Assembly (NCBI GenBank): GCA_002898015.1 | Contig: BDTM01000128.1 | Coordinates: 2,781-66,780 of the forward strand | Reading direction: 5' to 3' | Source of the DNA: a bacterium BMS3Bbin03 | GTDB taxonomy: Bacteria > Zhuqueibacterota > JdFR-76 > BMS3Abin05 | DNA: 64,000 bases | Part shown: positions 19,317 through 29,572 of the stretch, piece by piece | Layout: each line of letters starts with the position of its first letter | Position numbering within the stretch: the stretch's first letter is position 1 | Program-made: the position numbers and the translations under genes | The notes under the pieces: model-generated | Databases searched by the model: none | Told to the model about the DNA's origin: nothing | The model's input: only the letters and a program-made list of their open reading frames with translations

Positions 19317-20531
19317 ATGACCCCCATCATCCTACACATCGATGTCGATGCTTTTTTCGCTTCCGCGGAACAGAGCTTCAATCCGCTGCTGCGGGGAAAG
19401 CCCGTGATCGTGGGCGGATTCCCCGATCAAAGAGGCGTGGTCCACTCCGCCAGTTACGAGGCGCGGGAAAAGGGTGTCCGCACCGGAATGCCGCTCTCGG
19501 CAGCACAAAGGCTCTGTCCTGAAGCCGTCTTTTTGAAGGGTGAATTTCACCATTACAAATATATTGCGGAGCAGTTGTTTAAAATCTACACAACATTCAC
19601 GCCGCAGGTGGAATTTACATCGCTCGACGATGCCTATTTAAACGCAACCGGAACCCTGCGGCTCTGGGGAACCCCGGTCGATCTGGCCCGGGAAATTCAG
19701 GAAACCGTCCGGCAGAAGCTGCACATCCCGGTTTCCATCGGAATCGGCCGTAACAAGCTCATCAGCCGAATGGCGTCTGCGCAGCACAAACCGCGCGGAA
19801 TCACCTGCGTCCCGTCCGGACACGAGCCGGAATTTCTGCATCCTTTACCGGTTTCACAATTGCCGGGCGTGGGACGCGTCACGCAGCGCCTGTTTTACGA
19901 TCTCGGCATTACGACGATCGGTGAGCTGGCCCGGTTTCCGGGGGATTTGCTGTACCCGCTTCTCGGAAAGAACGGACAAAAAATCCGGGATTACGCAAAC
20001 GGATTGGACGGCCGGCCTGTCCGGCCGGTTCGTATTCCAAAACAACTCAGCCGGGAAACGAGTTTTGAAGAAGATGTGAGTGATCCTTCGGTGGTGTTGG
20101 CAGCCCTTCATTATTTAATTGAACGGCTGGCGAAGAAATTACGCGAAGATCATCTGGTGTGCCGAAAAATGGGGTTGAAGATTCGCAGCTCCGATTTTCA
20201 ATCGATGTACAAAACGGGAACGCTTCCCGAAGCGGTACAGGACGCGTTCCGGTTGGGGGTATTTGCGGAACAGATTTTCAATAGTCTAAAATTACGCCGC
20301 ACACGCACGCGGTTCGTGCAGGTGCAGGTATCGGCGCTGGAACCGGAAGCCTGGCAGCAGCAGCTTTTCCAGTGGAATCAGAAACGGCAGACATTGAACC
20401 AAAGCATTGACCGCATTCGCCGGCGCTTCGGTTTTATGGCCATTCTCCCCGCCAACACTCTTTTATTACAATCAAATTACAGGATGGATAGTCATGGGTA
20501 CATCCTTCATACACCTTCATTGTCACAGTAA
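19317..20531 (+). CDS. dinB: Y-family DNA polymerase (DinB/Pol IV-like)
   Basis: HIDVDAFFAS, ASYEAR, SLDDAY, KPRG, LPGVG; probable ATG at 19317. Confidence 0.9.
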   Translation: MTPIILHIDVDAFFASAEQSFNPLLRGKPVIVGGFPDQRGVVHSASYEAREKGVRTGMPLSAAQRLCPEAVFLKGEFHHYKYIAEQLFKIYTTFTPQVEFTSLDDAYLNATGTLRLWGTPVDLAREIQETVRQKLHIPVSIGIGRNKLISRMASAQHKPRGITCVPSGHEPEFLHPLPVSQLPGVGRVTQRLFYDLGITTIGELARFPGDLLYPLLGKNGQKIRDYANGLDGRPVRPVRIPKQLSRETSFEEDVSDPSVVLAALHYLIERLAKKLREDHLVCRKMGLKIRSSDFQSMYKTGTLPEAVQDAFRLGVFAEQIFNSLKLRRTRTRFVQVQVSALEPEAWQQQLFQWNQKRQTLNQSIDRIRRRFGFMAILPANTLLLQSNYRMDSHGYILHTPSLSQ

Positions 20532-23500
20532 TTACAGTTTCCTGGACAGCACGCTTCGTGTGGACGATATTGTGGGGTGGGCGGTGCAAAACCGAATGCC
20601 GGCCATTGCGCTCACGGACACCAACCGGCTCACCGGCGCGATTGAATTTTACCGGAAGGCAAAGTCAGCCGGAATCCATCCGATTATCGGGGCCGAAATC
20701 ACCTTGAACGATGGTACTGCACCGGTACTTTTGGTACAAAATGAGACAGGTTACCGTAATCTTTCGGAACTTATTACAAAAGGAAACCTGGCGGGCGGTC
20801 ACAATCAATTCAAGTTAACGGTGGAAGATCTGGCGCCGCATTCAAAAGGACTCCTGGCGCTTTCCGGCGGGAGACACAGCCGGGTAGTAAAACTCCTGAG
20901 GCAGCGAAAGACGGAGGAAGCGGCGGCCTGCTTTCTGCAGTTGCAGCACATTTTTGAAGGGCGGTTTTACATCGAGCTGCAGAGCCTCGTGCCGGAGGAT
21001 GATTTACTCAACACACATCTCACCGTTCTGGCGCGGCGGCTGAAAATTCCGGTGGCTGCCACCAATAATGTCCATCTTTTAAAACCAACCGATTGGGAAA
21101 TCCGGCGCACGCTGCAGGCCATCGGCCAGAACACCACACTTGAAAGGGTTGTCGGCACAGGACACCCGGATCAGTTTTTGAAATCATCCGGGCAAATGGC
21201 GCTCCGGTTCCGAAAACATCCCGCCGCCCTGTTGAACACACGCCTGATTGCTCAGAGCTGCCGGTTTGATTTTTCCCTTGGGAAACCCATTTTCCCGAAA
21301 ATCGATCTACCGCCGAACGAAACGCCCTTTGCACGCCTGCAAAAACTGTGTCGCACGGGACTTCGCGCCCGGTACACGAAAATGACACCGGAGATTCAGG
21401 ACCGGCTAAACCGGGAATTGATCACCGTTCGAAAACTGGGGTTTGTGGAATATTTTCTGATCGTCAAAACGATTGTGGATTTTTGCAGAAGAGAGGCCAT
21501 TCCCTGCACCGGCAGGGGGTCCGCAGCAGACAGCCTGATTGCCTACACACTGGGAATCACACACGCGGATCCGATCCGATTTAAGCTGTATTTCGAGCGG
21601 TTTCTCAACGCCGAACGCGCGGATCCCCCGGATATTGATCTGGATATCTGCTGGAAAAACCGGGAGCGCGTGCTCCGTTACGTTTATAACAAATTCGGGC
21701 ACGATAAAACCGCCATGATTGCCGCGGTGGTCACATTTCAGATGCGGTCGTCCATCCGGGAAATTGCCAAAACAATGGGGCTTCCTGAAGATGAAATCAG
21801 CCGTCTCACCAAACGTCTGCCCCGCCGGCCGGTTGAGGATTTTGAGGCGGTTTTTAAAACAGATCCGGAAATGAGCGGCATTTCGTCCGACCCGTCGACG
21901 CTGAAAAAAATCCTGAAGATCGCCCGGCGTATTGCCGGTTTTCCGCACCATCTCTCGGTGCACCCCGGGGGAACGATCATCGCCCCGGACCGAATCACCC
22001 GTTTCACGCCGCTTGAAATGGCCGCCGGGGGGCTGGTGATTTCCCAGTACGACATGTACAGTGTTGAAAAGCTGGGGCTGGTGAAAATGGATCTGCTGGG
22101 TGTGCGGTCTTTGACGATTATTTCCGAAACCGCAAAAGCCATTCAGCGGAACTGTAACCGAACATTCAATGTAAATAGGATTCCCGAAGATGATCCCGGC
22201 ACACTGAAAATGCTGCGTGAAGGGAGAGGATTGGGCTGCTTTCAATTGGAGAGCCCCGCCATGCGCGGTTTGCTGCGAAAAATGCAGATCGAAACGCTTG
22301 AAGATATCATCGCCGCCATTTCACTCATTCGGCCCGGACCGGCCGAAGGCGGGATGAAGGATCTGTACATCAGGCGGCGTGCCGGGCTGGAGCCCATCCG
22401 GTATCCGCATCCGGCATTAGAACCCATTTTAAAGGAGACCTGCGGGATTATTTTATACCAGGAACAGGTACTGCTGGTGGCGCAGGCGATCGGGGGACTT
22501 TCGCTGGGAGAGGCGGATGTGCTTCGGAAACTCATGACAAAGTCCCGGACATTGAAAATTGCAGCTCGACTGAGGGATAAATTTCTGGCGGGTGCGCGCC
22601 GGAAGGGTGTGGACGCCGTGACCGCGCAAACGATATTTGAATGGCTTACCCATTTCGCCTCGTACGGGTTCAACAAGGCGCACAGCGCCACGTACGGCAT
22701 TTTGGCTTATCAGACCGCCTTTTTAAAACGTCACTTTCCGAAAGAGTACATGACGGCACTGCTGAACAATCCCGGCGGCTATTATCCCCAATTTGCTCTT
22801 GTAGAAGAAGCCCGGCGGCTGGGAATTCAAATTCTGCATCCGAATGTGACCCGCCCGGCACGGGATTTCAGGATCGAGGAAAAGGGCATTCGTGTGGGAT
22901 TGGGAAGTGTCTTAAACCTCAGCCGAAAGACCATCGAGCGGATTTTGCAGGAACGGGCGCAAAAGCCCTTTCAAAATGTGTACGATTTCCTGATTCGGAG
23001 CCGGGCCAATCAGGCGGAAGCGGAGAGTCTCATTCAATGCGGTGCGCTTTCGGATTTCAATTCGAGCGAACCGGAACTTTTATTAATCGCAAAACTCTTT
23101 TTCAAAAACAATCGAAATGCGGCCGTCACAAGAGGCATGAACGCCGCGACCCGGCTGCCGCCCTATTCGGCCTTGCAGAAAGTGGTGAATGAACTGCGTT
23201 TCCTGCGTTTTTCCGTGACCGAACATCCTTTAAGACTTTTGTTGAAGAATCAGGGCATACCGGATTATGTGTCCTCCCGGGAGCTGGAAAAATTTAAAAA
23301 TCAGCGGGTGACTATCCTGGGGTGGGGCATCATTAGCCGCAGGGTTGTGACCTCCCAACAGGAATCGATGAAATTCCTCACTTTGGAAGATCCGGACGGC
23401 ATCATCGAGGTGGTTCTTTTTCCGGAGATTTACAGGCGCTGCGGGCGGCTTCTGCAAACCCGGGGACCTTTTCAAATTACCGGAGTGGTTCAATCCCGGG

Positions 23501-23631
23501 TGAAAGGCGAGGCGAATGTGATTGCAGAAAAAATCCGTGTGTTGGAATGGACGCAGGAGACAAACCGACTGCGAAGCGGGCAAACCCGGTCTTTCGGCTC
23601 ACAGGTGAAGGAGGCGGCCGGCATGTTTTAA
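20494..23631 (+). CDS. dnaE2: Error-prone DNA polymerase III alpha (DnaE2-type)
   Basis: PHP domain HLHCHSNYS, GRGSAA, FERFLN, PDIDLD, KMDLLG, YGFNKAHS, OB fold; overlaps the dinB 3' end; probable ATG at 20494. Confidence 0.88.
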   Translation: MGTSFIHLHCHSNYSFLDSTLRVDDIVGWAVQNRMPAIALTDTNRLTGAIEFYRKAKSAGIHPIIGAEITLNDGTAPVLLVQNETGYRNLSELITKGNLAGGHNQFKLTVEDLAPHSKGLLALSGGRHSRVVKLLRQRKTEEAAACFLQLQHIFEGRFYIELQSLVPEDDLLNTHLTVLARRLKIPVAATNNVHLLKPTDWEIRRTLQAIGQNTTLERVVGTGHPDQFLKSSGQMALRFRKHPAALLNTRLIAQSCRFDFSLGKPIFPKIDLPPNETPFARLQKLCRTGLRARYTKMTPEIQDRLNRELITVRKLGFVEYFLIVKTIVDFCRREAIPCTGRGSAADSLIAYTLGITHADPIRFKLYFERFLNAERADPPDIDLDICWKNRERVLRYVYNKFGHDKTAMIAAVVTFQMRSSIREIAKTMGLPEDEISRLTKRLPRRPVEDFEAVFKTDPEMSGISSDPSTLKKILKIARRIAGFPHHLSVHPGGTIIAPDRITRFTPLEMAAGGLVISQYDMYSVEKLGLVKMDLLGVRSLTIISETAKAIQRNCNRTFNVNRIPEDDPGTLKMLREGRGLGCFQLESPAMRGLLRKMQIETLEDIIAAISLIRPGPAEGGMKDLYIRRRAGLEPIRYPHPALEPILKETCGIILYQEQVLLVAQAIGGLSLGEADVLRKLMTKSRTLKIAARLRDKFLAGARRKGVDAVTAQTIFEWLTHFASYGFNKAHSATYGILAYQTAFLKRHFPKEYMTALLNNPGGYYPQFALVEEARRLGIQILHPNVTRPARDFRIEEKGIRVGLGSVLNLSRKTIERILQERAQKPFQNVYDFLIRSRANQAEAESLIQCGALSDFNSSEPELLLIAKLFFKNNRNAAVTRGMNAATRLPPYSALQKVVNELRFLRFSVTEHPLRLLLKNQGIPDYVSSRELEKFKNQRVTILGWGIISRRVVTSQQESMKFLTLEDPDGIIEVVLFPEIYRRCGRLLQTRGPFQITGVVQSRVKGEANVIAEKIRVLEWTQETNRLRSGQTRSFGSQVKEAAGMF

Positions 23632-23658
23632 TCGTGTCGTTCAGGTTAACTCTCCCAT

Positions 23659-23693
23659 AAAAAAAGCGGAATCATTCCAACCTATGATTCCGC
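23659..23693. terminator. Terminator between convergent dnaE2 and the small Cys-rich gene
   Basis: A7-GCGGAATCAT ... ATGATTCCGC. Confidence 0.7.
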
Positions 23694-23718
23694 CATGTGA
23701 TCATGAGATTTTAAAAAA

Positions 23719-23877
23719 TTAGTCTTTCTTCTTGGATGGAAGAATTTTATACATGCCTGTGCCACAGACAGAGCACTTACCTTTCATCGCAGGGCGTCCA
23801 TTTTTCATGGTCACTTGTTCTGCATCAACCATTTCTCGTTTCGCTTTACACTTTACACAATACGCAGTTTCTGCCAA
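23719..23877 (-). CDS. Small basic zinc-ribbon protein, DUF5679-like, 52 aa (missing from the ORF track)
   Basis: TTG start after SD GGAGGTG; MAETAYCVKCKAKREMVDAEQVTMKNGRPAMKGKCSVCGTGMYKILPSKKKD; two CxxC motifs. Confidence 0.85.
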   Translation of the reverse strand: MAETAYCVKCKAKREMVDAEQVTMKNGRPAMKGKCSVCGTGMYKILPSKKKD

Positions 23878-24000
23878 GAGGATCACCTCCTTTCCAAAAA
23901 GACTTCACTTAATCCGGGTTATTCTGAAAAAAATGTAAATTTATGCCATACAAATATGATATTTTTTAAATAGAAAATCAACAACTTTTTTCATTTTTTA

Positions 24001-24627
24001 TTAAAATATGAAAATTTTTACTCCCGTTCCGATAAAAAGCCCGCCTACACTCTGGGTTTGAAGCGCCGTATTGCCGTAAAGTCCCGCAGAATTTAAGTCC
24101 ATTTCAAATGAAAGCGAGACGGAATTTGTCCAGAAATGTTCAAATCCAATCTCGATGTAAAATCCTCTGGGATTGACTTTCCCGGAATGCCCGCCAATTT
24201 CACGCAGAAAAGTGCCGTTTTTTTCTTCAATCCGGAAAAGAGCCAGACCAAATCCCATAAAGGTGCGGGATTTTCCCGAGAAGCCCCGGGAATATCGGCG
24301 GAAACCGAATTCCAGCCATTGCTGGCGCCACGATTTTGCAGGCGTCTGCTGAGCCGTGCGCTTTCTGGTAAATTGACTCCCTTTAATAATCAGATACGCA
24401 GACGGTGAAAGCCCGAAGCCAAGCTGCGGCTGGGGGAGAAAAATCCAAGCCGAACCGTAGTAACGGCTAAAATGACGGGCCGAAATTCGAAAAAATCCGG
24501 ACGACCCGCCAATAAAAAACCGATGCGGCGGCGGAACCTTTGCAAAAGCAGCGTCTGCAGAAAAGAAAGTGAAAAATAAAATCAGTGTTAAAAGAGAGAC
24601 GGTGAAAAAATGAGTTTGCCGCTTCAC
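24001..24627 (-). CDS. Exported protein, probable small outer-membrane beta-barrel
   Basis: Signal peptide, alternating aromatic/Gly strands, C-terminal Phe. Confidence 0.6.
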   Translation of the reverse strand: MKRQTHFFTVSLLTLILFFTFFSADAAFAKVPPPHRFFIGGSSGFFRISARHFSRYYGSAWIFLPQPQLGFGLSPSAYLIIKGSQFTRKRTAQQTPAKSWRQQWLEFGFRRYSRGFSGKSRTFMGFGLALFRIEEKNGTFLREIGGHSGKVNPRGFYIEIGFEHFWTNSVSLSFEMDLNSAGLYGNTALQTQSVGGLFIGTGVKIFIF

Positions 24628-24678
24628 CTTTGAGTGCTCCGTATTTGAGACCGGTTTTGAAGTTTTTAAAGAAGATCC

Positions 24679-24703
24679 ACCTGATGGTGAACCATCAGGC
24701 TAA
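24679..24703. repeat. 25-bp palindromic repeat, copy 1 (ACCTGATGGTGAACCATCAGGCTAA)
   Basis: Identical to 35496-35520; 9-bp perfect stem; overlaps the stop codon of the VanZ-family gene. Confidence 0.8.
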
Positions 24704-25090
24704 AAAATGGCGGAAACGATCTTCGATTTTCTTCCAGTAAAAAAACAGAAAATATCCCAGTGTGATCCCCACGGAATCGGCCATCCAGTCCGACACGCTG
24801 GCGGTTCTCCCCGGCACATAAATTTGGTGAAATTCATCGGACGCGGCATAGAGCAGACTCAGCAAGATGGCAATCCATAAATTTCTTTTTCGATTTTCGG
24901 GTGAGCTCCCGTAATAAAAGGCGCGGACCATGAAAAAACTGAAAATGGAGTATTCCATAAAATGTGCGATCTTATCCGACCACGAGATCCCGATGTCCGG
25001 GATATGAAGGTTTTTCATCGATGATAATGCAAAAATCACCCCTGCATATAAAATGGCGGGCAAGTAATAAAGAAAAAATCGTTTCTTCAT
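24695..25090 (-). CDS. VanZ family membrane protein
   Basis: DKIAHFMEY, YAASDEFHQIYVPGRTASVSDWMAD. Confidence 0.88.
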   Translation of the reverse strand: MKKRFFLYYLPAILYAGVIFALSSMKNLHIPDIGISWSDKIAHFMEYSIFSFFMVRAFYYGSSPENRKRNLWIAILLSLLYAASDEFHQIYVPGRTASVSDWMADSVGITLGYFLFFYWKKIEDRFRHFLA

Positions 25091-25244
25091 CGTTTAGGCG
25101 GTTCCGTTTTGTTAAAACATCTTTTCTTGAAACACAAATCAGGCGTGAAAGTTCCCTGATGCGGCGTGTCAAAACAACATCTGCCGGGCAAAGCGGAAAT
25201 GCATTCCTAAATTTTTATTTTCTCAGGGGAATGGGGGAACCTGT

Positions 25245-26240
25245 TCACAAATTTTCTTCGAAATAGCGCATGCCGGTCTTCTTAAATTCTCTTCCGCTTT
25301 TTAAAACGATAAATTCTGAAATTCCGGTGGCGGAAGAGACTTCATCAATTAGGTGCTGCAAAACACCGGGGTTGGGTGCGTGAATCATGGTGTAATGGCT
25401 GTACGGCCAATTGGGGGCTGTCGCCCGCCGGTAGCAGTGACTGATTTGCGGGAATTCAGCCATGCGCCTGCCGGCCGCCGCGGATTTCTCCTCCGGTACC
25501 CGCCACACAACCATGGCATTCGATCTTGCCCCCATTTTTCGATGATTCAAAATGGCTCCGAATTTACGGATGACACCCGACTGTTTCCAGAATTTGATTT
25601 TCGTCAGAACTTCAGCCTCCGTGAGACCAATGCGTGTGCCGATCGTTTCAAACGGATTGGATTCCAAGGGAATCTCTTTCTGGATCAGGCGCACGAGCGC
25701 TTTATCGGTTTCAGAAAAAGAAGTTAGGTTCCCCTCCTTAAAAACAAAATTCTGTGAAGAAGATTTTGCATTGTTTTGGCCTGTTTCCGGATCCAGCAGC
25801 ACGTTGAGCTTGTAGTATTCCACAACGGGTAATTTTAATGTCGATTTCACGCCCGATCGATTTTTTACCTTCTCCAGAAATTCATCAATTTTTTTCTCCG
25901 AAGAGACCGCAATCGTAAACCATAAATTAAAGGTATGAAAACGCTCGTAGTTGTGGGTCACTCCGGGATGCCGGCTCACGTAATCCGCAACGGCCTCCAG
26001 ATGCGCCGGTGCCACTTCGGCGCCCACAAGTGCGCTGACATATCCGAGCGCTTTTGAATCGAAATTGGCACTGATCCGCCGGATCTTTCCCCTCGCCAGC
26101 AGATCCGAAATCGTTTCAATGACTTCCTGCTCCCCGCTTCCGCATGTTTTTGCCAACTGCAAATAGGGACGGGCCGCCAGCGGAAAATCAGTCTGTAAAT
26201 CACCAAGCAGTTTTTTCTCTAATTTAGAATCTGTTGTCAT
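25245..26240 (-). CDS. ahbAB: Siroheme decarboxylase, fused AhbA/AhbB (NirDL/NirGH-like)
   Basis: Two tandem Lrp/AsnC-like units: GVTHNYER..FNLWFT and ISHCYRR..WPYSHYTMIH..EFKKTGMRY. Confidence 0.88.
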   Translation of the reverse strand: MTTDSKLEKKLLGDLQTDFPLAARPYLQLAKTCGSGEQEVIETISDLLARGKIRRISANFDSKALGYVSALVGAEVAPAHLEAVADYVSRHPGVTHNYERFHTFNLWFTIAVSSEKKIDEFLEKVKNRSGVKSTLKLPVVEYYKLNVLLDPETGQNNAKSSSQNFVFKEGNLTSFSETDKALVRLIQKEIPLESNPFETIGTRIGLTEAEVLTKIKFWKQSGVIRKFGAILNHRKMGARSNAMVVWRVPEEKSAAAGRRMAEFPQISHCYRRATAPNWPYSHYTMIHAPNPGVLQHLIDEVSSATGISEFIVLKSGREFKKTGMRYFEENL

Positions 26241-27352
26241 GAAAGGGTCTCCGTTTCCGGTTCATATGCACAATACGGATCTTCATTTAAAAAATCACCT
26301 GTCACCGCAAAGGCACGGGAACGCGACCCGCCGCAAATGGAGCGAAAGGCACACCGTCCGCATTTGCCTTTTAACAAATCCGGATTGCGCAGCGCCTGAA
26401 AAATGGGAGAATTGCGATACACATCCACAAGAGAATTTTCTCGAACATTCCCCCCGCTTGCCGGCAAAAATCCGGACGGAAAAATACTTCCCGTGTGTGA
26501 AACGAACACAAACCCTTTTCCATCGTTGATGCCGGGCAAAAACCGGCCTTTCCCCGAATTTGTTTCCTGAATCAATTGGCTCACAGAAATATCCATTTCC
26601 TGCGCCATCTGTTGAATCACCACGCGCCGGTAATGCGGCGCCTCCGTGGTTTTAATTCGAAAGGAGTATTGTTTGGAAAAATCGTATAATTTATTCAGAA
26701 CAAGCTCATATTCATTTGCCGTAATCTCGTCTTCCGGTTTTCCCCTGCCAGTCGGAACCAGAAAAAACAGACTCCAGCGGGACACGTTCAGACCGGCCAC
26801 CATTTCCGCCATTTCATCCATCTTCTGCCAATTGAACCGGGTCACCGTGGTGTTGACCTGCAAATCCATTCCCAATTCTTTCACCCACCCGGCACCGTTC
26901 ATGCACCACCGGAAAGAGCCTTCGACATTTCGCAGCGCATCATGGGTCTCCTTATCCGGCCCGTCGATGCTAATCGAAACACTTCGCAGCCCGGCATTCT
27001 TTGCGCGGTCTAAGTTTTCATACGACAAAAGAGGGGTCCCGCTGGGACTCAGCCCCACGCGAAGCCCAATTTCACTGGCGTAAGCAATGAGTTCAAACAG
27101 ATCCTCCCGTTTCATCGGATCACCACCCGTAAACACAAACAGAGGGCGGCCAAAACGCCGAATTTCATCCAGAAGGCCGAACCCTTCCCCGGTGGTCAGC
27201 TCCAACGGATGATGCAGGGGCTGAGCCGACGCCCGGCAGTGCCGGCACGCCAAATCACACGCCTGAGTCACTTCCCAGATCACCAAAAACGGGGATTTTT
27301 CAAAATTGACACCCCGCAGCAAATCGCTCTTTTTCGGCATTGTTTCAATCAT
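26237..27352 (-). CDS. Radical SAM/SPASM protein (TIGR04053-like), probable AhbD-type heme b synthase
   Basis: [16 protein letters not shown] (CxxxCxxC), [30 protein letters not shown]; located in the Ahb operon. Confidence 0.75.
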   Translation of the reverse strand: MIETMPKKSDLLRGVNFEKSPFLVIWEVTQACDLACRHCRASAQPLHHPLELTTGEGFGLLDEIRRFGRPLFVFTGGDPMKREDLFELIAYASEIGLRVGLSPSGTPLLSYENLDRAKNAGLRSVSISIDGPDKETHDALRNVEGSFRWCMNGAGWVKELGMDLQVNTTVTRFNWQKMDEMAEMVAGLNVSRWSLFFLVPTGRGKPEDEITANEYELVLNKLYDFSKQYSFRIKTTEAPHYRRVVIQQMAQEMDISVSQLIQETNSGKGRFLPGINDGKGFVFVSHTGSIFPSGFLPASGGNVRENSLVDVYRNSPIFQALRNPDLLKGKCGRCAFRSICGGSRSRAFAVTGDFLNEDPYCAYEPETETLS

Positions 27353-28323
27353 TTTTGCAGCTCCTCTGCCGCCTGATGAGCAAAATAAGTCAGGATTAAA
27401 TCGGCGCCTGCCCGCTTAATGCCGGTCAGGATTTCCCACATGACCGTATTCTCATCGATCCATCCCATTTTGCCGGCGGCTTTGACCATGGCATATTCAC
27501 CGCTGACATTGTAGGCGGCCACCGGCCGGCCGGTCAGATTTCGCACCTCCCGAATCACATCCAGGTAGGCGAGTGCCGGTTTGACCATCACAATATCCGC
27601 TCCTTCTGCCAGATCGAGCGCCACCTCTGCCAGTGCTTCCCGCCGATTGGCCGGATCCATCTGGTAGGTTTTCCGGTTGCCAAACCCGGGCGCCGAGCCG
27701 GCAGCATCCCGAAAGGGGCCGTAAAAGCCGGATGAATATTTTGCGGAATACGCCATAATGGGAATCCCGTATGCACCGGTTGCGTCAAGCGCTTCCCGAA
27801 TGGCCTTCACGGCGCCGTCCATCATTCCGGAAGGCGCCAGCATGTCAGCGCCTGAATTGACCTGAGAGACCGCCGTCTTTCGAATCAAATCGAGTGTGGC
27901 ATCATTGTCCACATCGCTGTTTCGGACCACGCCGCAGTGCCCGTGATCGGTATATTCACAGAAACACAAATCATTAATCAGCACCAAATCCGGAACAGCC
28001 TCCTTAATGGCCTGATTTGCGGTTTGAATAATTCCGGAATCATCGTAAGCGCCGGTCCCGAGCGCATCTTTCGACTCCGGGATCCCAAACAGAATGACGG
28101 CCGGAACGCCCAAACGGTCGAGTACCCGGCATTCTTTTACCGCTTCATCAACGGACATCTGAAAAACGCCCGGCATAGAAGGGACTTCTTTTCGAATGCC
28201 TTCTCCGGGACACACAAACAACGGCGCGATAAAATCTTCCGCGGATACCTGTGTTTCCCGCATCATGCGCCGCAGATTTTCTGTCTTTCGCAGCCGTCTC
28301 GATCGATTTATTGGAAAAGCCAT
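27349..28323 (-). CDS. hemB: Porphobilinogen synthase
   Basis: [45 protein letters not shown]. Confidence 0.97.
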   Translation of the reverse strand: MAFPINRSRRLRKTENLRRMMRETQVSAEDFIAPLFVCPGEGIRKEVPSMPGVFQMSVDEAVKECRVLDRLGVPAVILFGIPESKDALGTGAYDDSGIIQTANQAIKEAVPDLVLINDLCFCEYTDHGHCGVVRNSDVDNDATLDLIRKTAVSQVNSGADMLAPSGMMDGAVKAIREALDATGAYGIPIMAYSAKYSSGFYGPFRDAAGSAPGFGNRKTYQMDPANRREALAEVALDLAEGADIVMVKPALAYLDVIREVRNLTGRPVAAYNVSGEYAMVKAAGKMGWIDENTVMWEILTGIKRAGADLILTYFAHQAAEELQK

Positions 28324-28357
28324 TTTACATTCCTTTTTGCTGTTTCTATTTCGGCCA

Positions 28358-29572
28358 TCATCCCGCAGACAATTTTTGCAGGGGTTCGACTTTCAGGCCG
28401 ATTTCTTCGTCACTTAAATAACAGGCCGGGTCCGGCGCCCACATGTCACCGGTAATGGCTTCGGCACGCACGCGCAGATTTCCGCCGCAGATATCCAGCC
28501 ATTTGCATTTCGCGCAGCGGCCTTTTACATGCTGTTTTTTGGTTTTCAGTTTCATCAGAAATTCATTGGAGGTATCCGTCCAGATCCGGCTAAAGGGCTG
28601 CTCCAGCACATTGCCCAGAACTTTATCCCGCCAGAACTGATCCGGATAGACGCTCCCGTCCCAGCTAACACTGGCGACGCCCACGCCGGAACTGTTCCCG
28701 CTGTTCATTTTCAGCAATTCGAGTGCATTTTGGGCCCGTGCCGGATCCTCCTTCTGTAACCGCAGATACAAATAAGGCCCGTCCGTATGGTTGTCGACGG
28801 TGAGAATTTCCGCCGGTAACGCGTTGTCGTGCATCTTCTTCGTGCGGTCCATAATATAGTCCACCGCTTTTCGCGTTTCGTCGTGTGTTAAGTCGTCCTT
28901 CACTAATTTTGTGCCGCGTCCGGTATAAACCAGGTGATAAAAACAGGCCCGTGTGATACGGCGTTCTTCAATCAAATCAAAAATCTGGGGCAGGTCCTGC
29001 ACATTAATCCCATTCATTGTGAACCGCAAGCCCACCTTTACACCCACTTCCTGACAATTTCGGATGCCTCTCATGGCCAGATCAAAAGCGCCTTTCATGC
29101 CGCGGAACCGGTCGTTCGTTTCACGCATGCCGTCCAAACTGATTCCCACGTAAGACACACCCATTTCTTTCAGGCGATGCGCCACTGTTTTCGTAATTAA
29201 TGTGCCGTTTGTTGAAAAGACCGTGCGAATTCCTTTGCGGATTGAATACTCCGTCAGTTCAAAGATGTCTTCCCGGCGGAACGGCTCCCCGCCTGAAAAA
29301 AGAAGTACGGGTACCCTAAATTCCGCCAGATCATCTATAAATGATTTTCCCTGCTCGGTTGTCATTTCCCCCCGGTAGTCGACATCCTGAGATTTTGAGT
29401 AGCAGTGAATACAGTGGAGATTACAGCGCCGGGTGACGTTCCAGACGACAATCGGTTTTTTATCCAGCGAGAACTGCAATAAATTCGCCGGCATCTTACC
29501 TGATTTCCGTCCGTAACGAAGCGGATCGGACGGCTCCACCGTCCCGCAGTATAATTTTGAAATACCTATCAT
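28358..29572 (-). CDS. ahbC: 12,18-didecarboxysiroheme deacetylase / Fe-coproporphyrin synthase (radical SAM)
   Basis: [55 protein letters not shown]. Confidence 0.93.
   Translation of the reverse strand: MIGISKLYCGTVEPSDPLRYGRKSGKMPANLLQFSLDKKPIVVWNVTRRCNLHCIHCYSKSQDVDYRGEMTTEQGKSFIDDLAEFRVPVLLFSGGEPFRREDIFELTEYSIRKGIRTVFSTNGTLITKTVAHRLKEMGVSYVGISLDGMRETNDRFRGMKGAFDLAMRGIRNCQEVGVKVGLRFTMNGINVQDLPQIFDLIEERRITRACFYHLVYTGRGTKLVKDDLTHDETRKAVDYIMDRTKKMHDNALPAEILTVDNHTDGPYLYLRLQKEDPARAQNALELLKMNSGNSSGVGVASVSWDGSVYPDQFWRDKVLGNVLEQPFSRIWTDTSNEFLMKLKTKKQHVKGRCAKCKWLDICGGNLRVRAEAITGDMWAPDPACYLSDEEIGLKVEPLQKLSAG

Noticed and set aside
21406-22245. 279-aa minus-strand ORF (and similar long antisense ORFs, e.g. 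15186-15839, 43327-43959, 49312-49962)
   Set aside because: They lie entirely opposite well-conserved genes and are explained by codon bias.
23732-23938. 68-aa plus-strand ORF in the track
   Set aside because: The opposite strand encodes a CxxC protein with an SD, promoter and terminator, which is far better supported.
24679-24703. CRISPR repeat interpretation of the 25-bp palindrome
   Set aside because: Only two copies, 10.8 kb apart, with no spacer array or cas genes.
24695-25090. vanZ as evidence of glycopeptide resistance
   Set aside because: VanZ-like proteins are widespread, and there are no other van genes here.
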